Origin: Ophelia neglecta
Taxonomy: Eukaryota
NCBI GenBank assembly: GCA_965285935.1
Contig: OZ260667.1
Location: forward strand, 61,876,001 to 61,940,000
Direction: 5' to 3'
Length of the DNA stretch: 64,000 nt
Shown here: one piece after another, positions 63,591 to 64,000 of the stretch
How the letters are laid out: each line of letters opens with the position of its first letter
Position numbering within the stretch: position 1 is the stretch's first letter
Translations under genes and position numbers: made by a program
Notes under the pieces: generated by a model
Told to the model about the DNA's origin: nothing
Databases searched by the model: none
What the model saw: only the letters and a program-made list of their open reading frames with translations

Positions 63591-64000
63591 GTGAGGCACT
63601 AAGGAGAACTCTCAAGAATTTCTTATGCATCATTACCCCAACGTCTGAGGGTCATAAGCGAGTTGGGATAGCTATTCCGTAGACAGGTGGTTTTATCAGC
63701 CAACCATCAGCATCCCCGCTGTATCGCCATTGGGCCATTTATGGTTTACATGCTAATTTGAACCAGAAAATATTTTGGCTTATACCGGAACCTGTCATTT
63801 TCGCTCCACTTGTTACAAGGCAAAATCAGAAAAGCAATCTAGACAGAGGGTCCAATTAATATGAGCGAGTCCCATGACTCACTAAATTTTGACATGATGG
63901 CTTTAATATACACTGAGGACTAGGTAAATTTTCACAATGACTCATACGTTTTCCCACCATTTAATCCTTGACTTGTGCCTCCCAATGTCTAAATGAATCA

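Overview
AT-rich eukaryotic DNA with spliceosomal introns, most likely from an invertebrate animal (species not determinable here). The window is dominated by a same-strand tandem array of 5-exon genes for small secreted proteins: signal peptide + PAN/apple-like domain (exon 1), a 36-nt linker microexon (exon 2) and an F5/8 type C (discoidin, FA58C) domain (exons 3-5). There are two subfamilies: A (2210, 40999, and 49057 which lacks exons 3-4) and B (11348, 53903, and 61572 which runs off the window); B carries a QGRGD loop. The signal+PAN exon is present about 17 times (6 intact, 1 with a single frameshift, about 10 decayed), always on the + strand, whereas exons 3-5 have no recognisable orphan copies. 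Extra first exons lie upstream of genes and inside intron 1, which resembles a variable-first-exon/constant-exon locus or an exon-replacement reservoir. The array is interrupted by a ~21 kb island (about 14.6-35.2 kb) holding an L2-type LINE with an esterase ORF1, three copies of a secreted NTF2/SnoaL-like gene (one intact, one pseudogene, one 5'-truncated on the minus strand) and a complete but decayed Mag-type Ty3/gypsy element. All gene models were assembled by hand from splice sites, exon phase and paralog comparison; domain names come from motif recognition, not database searches.
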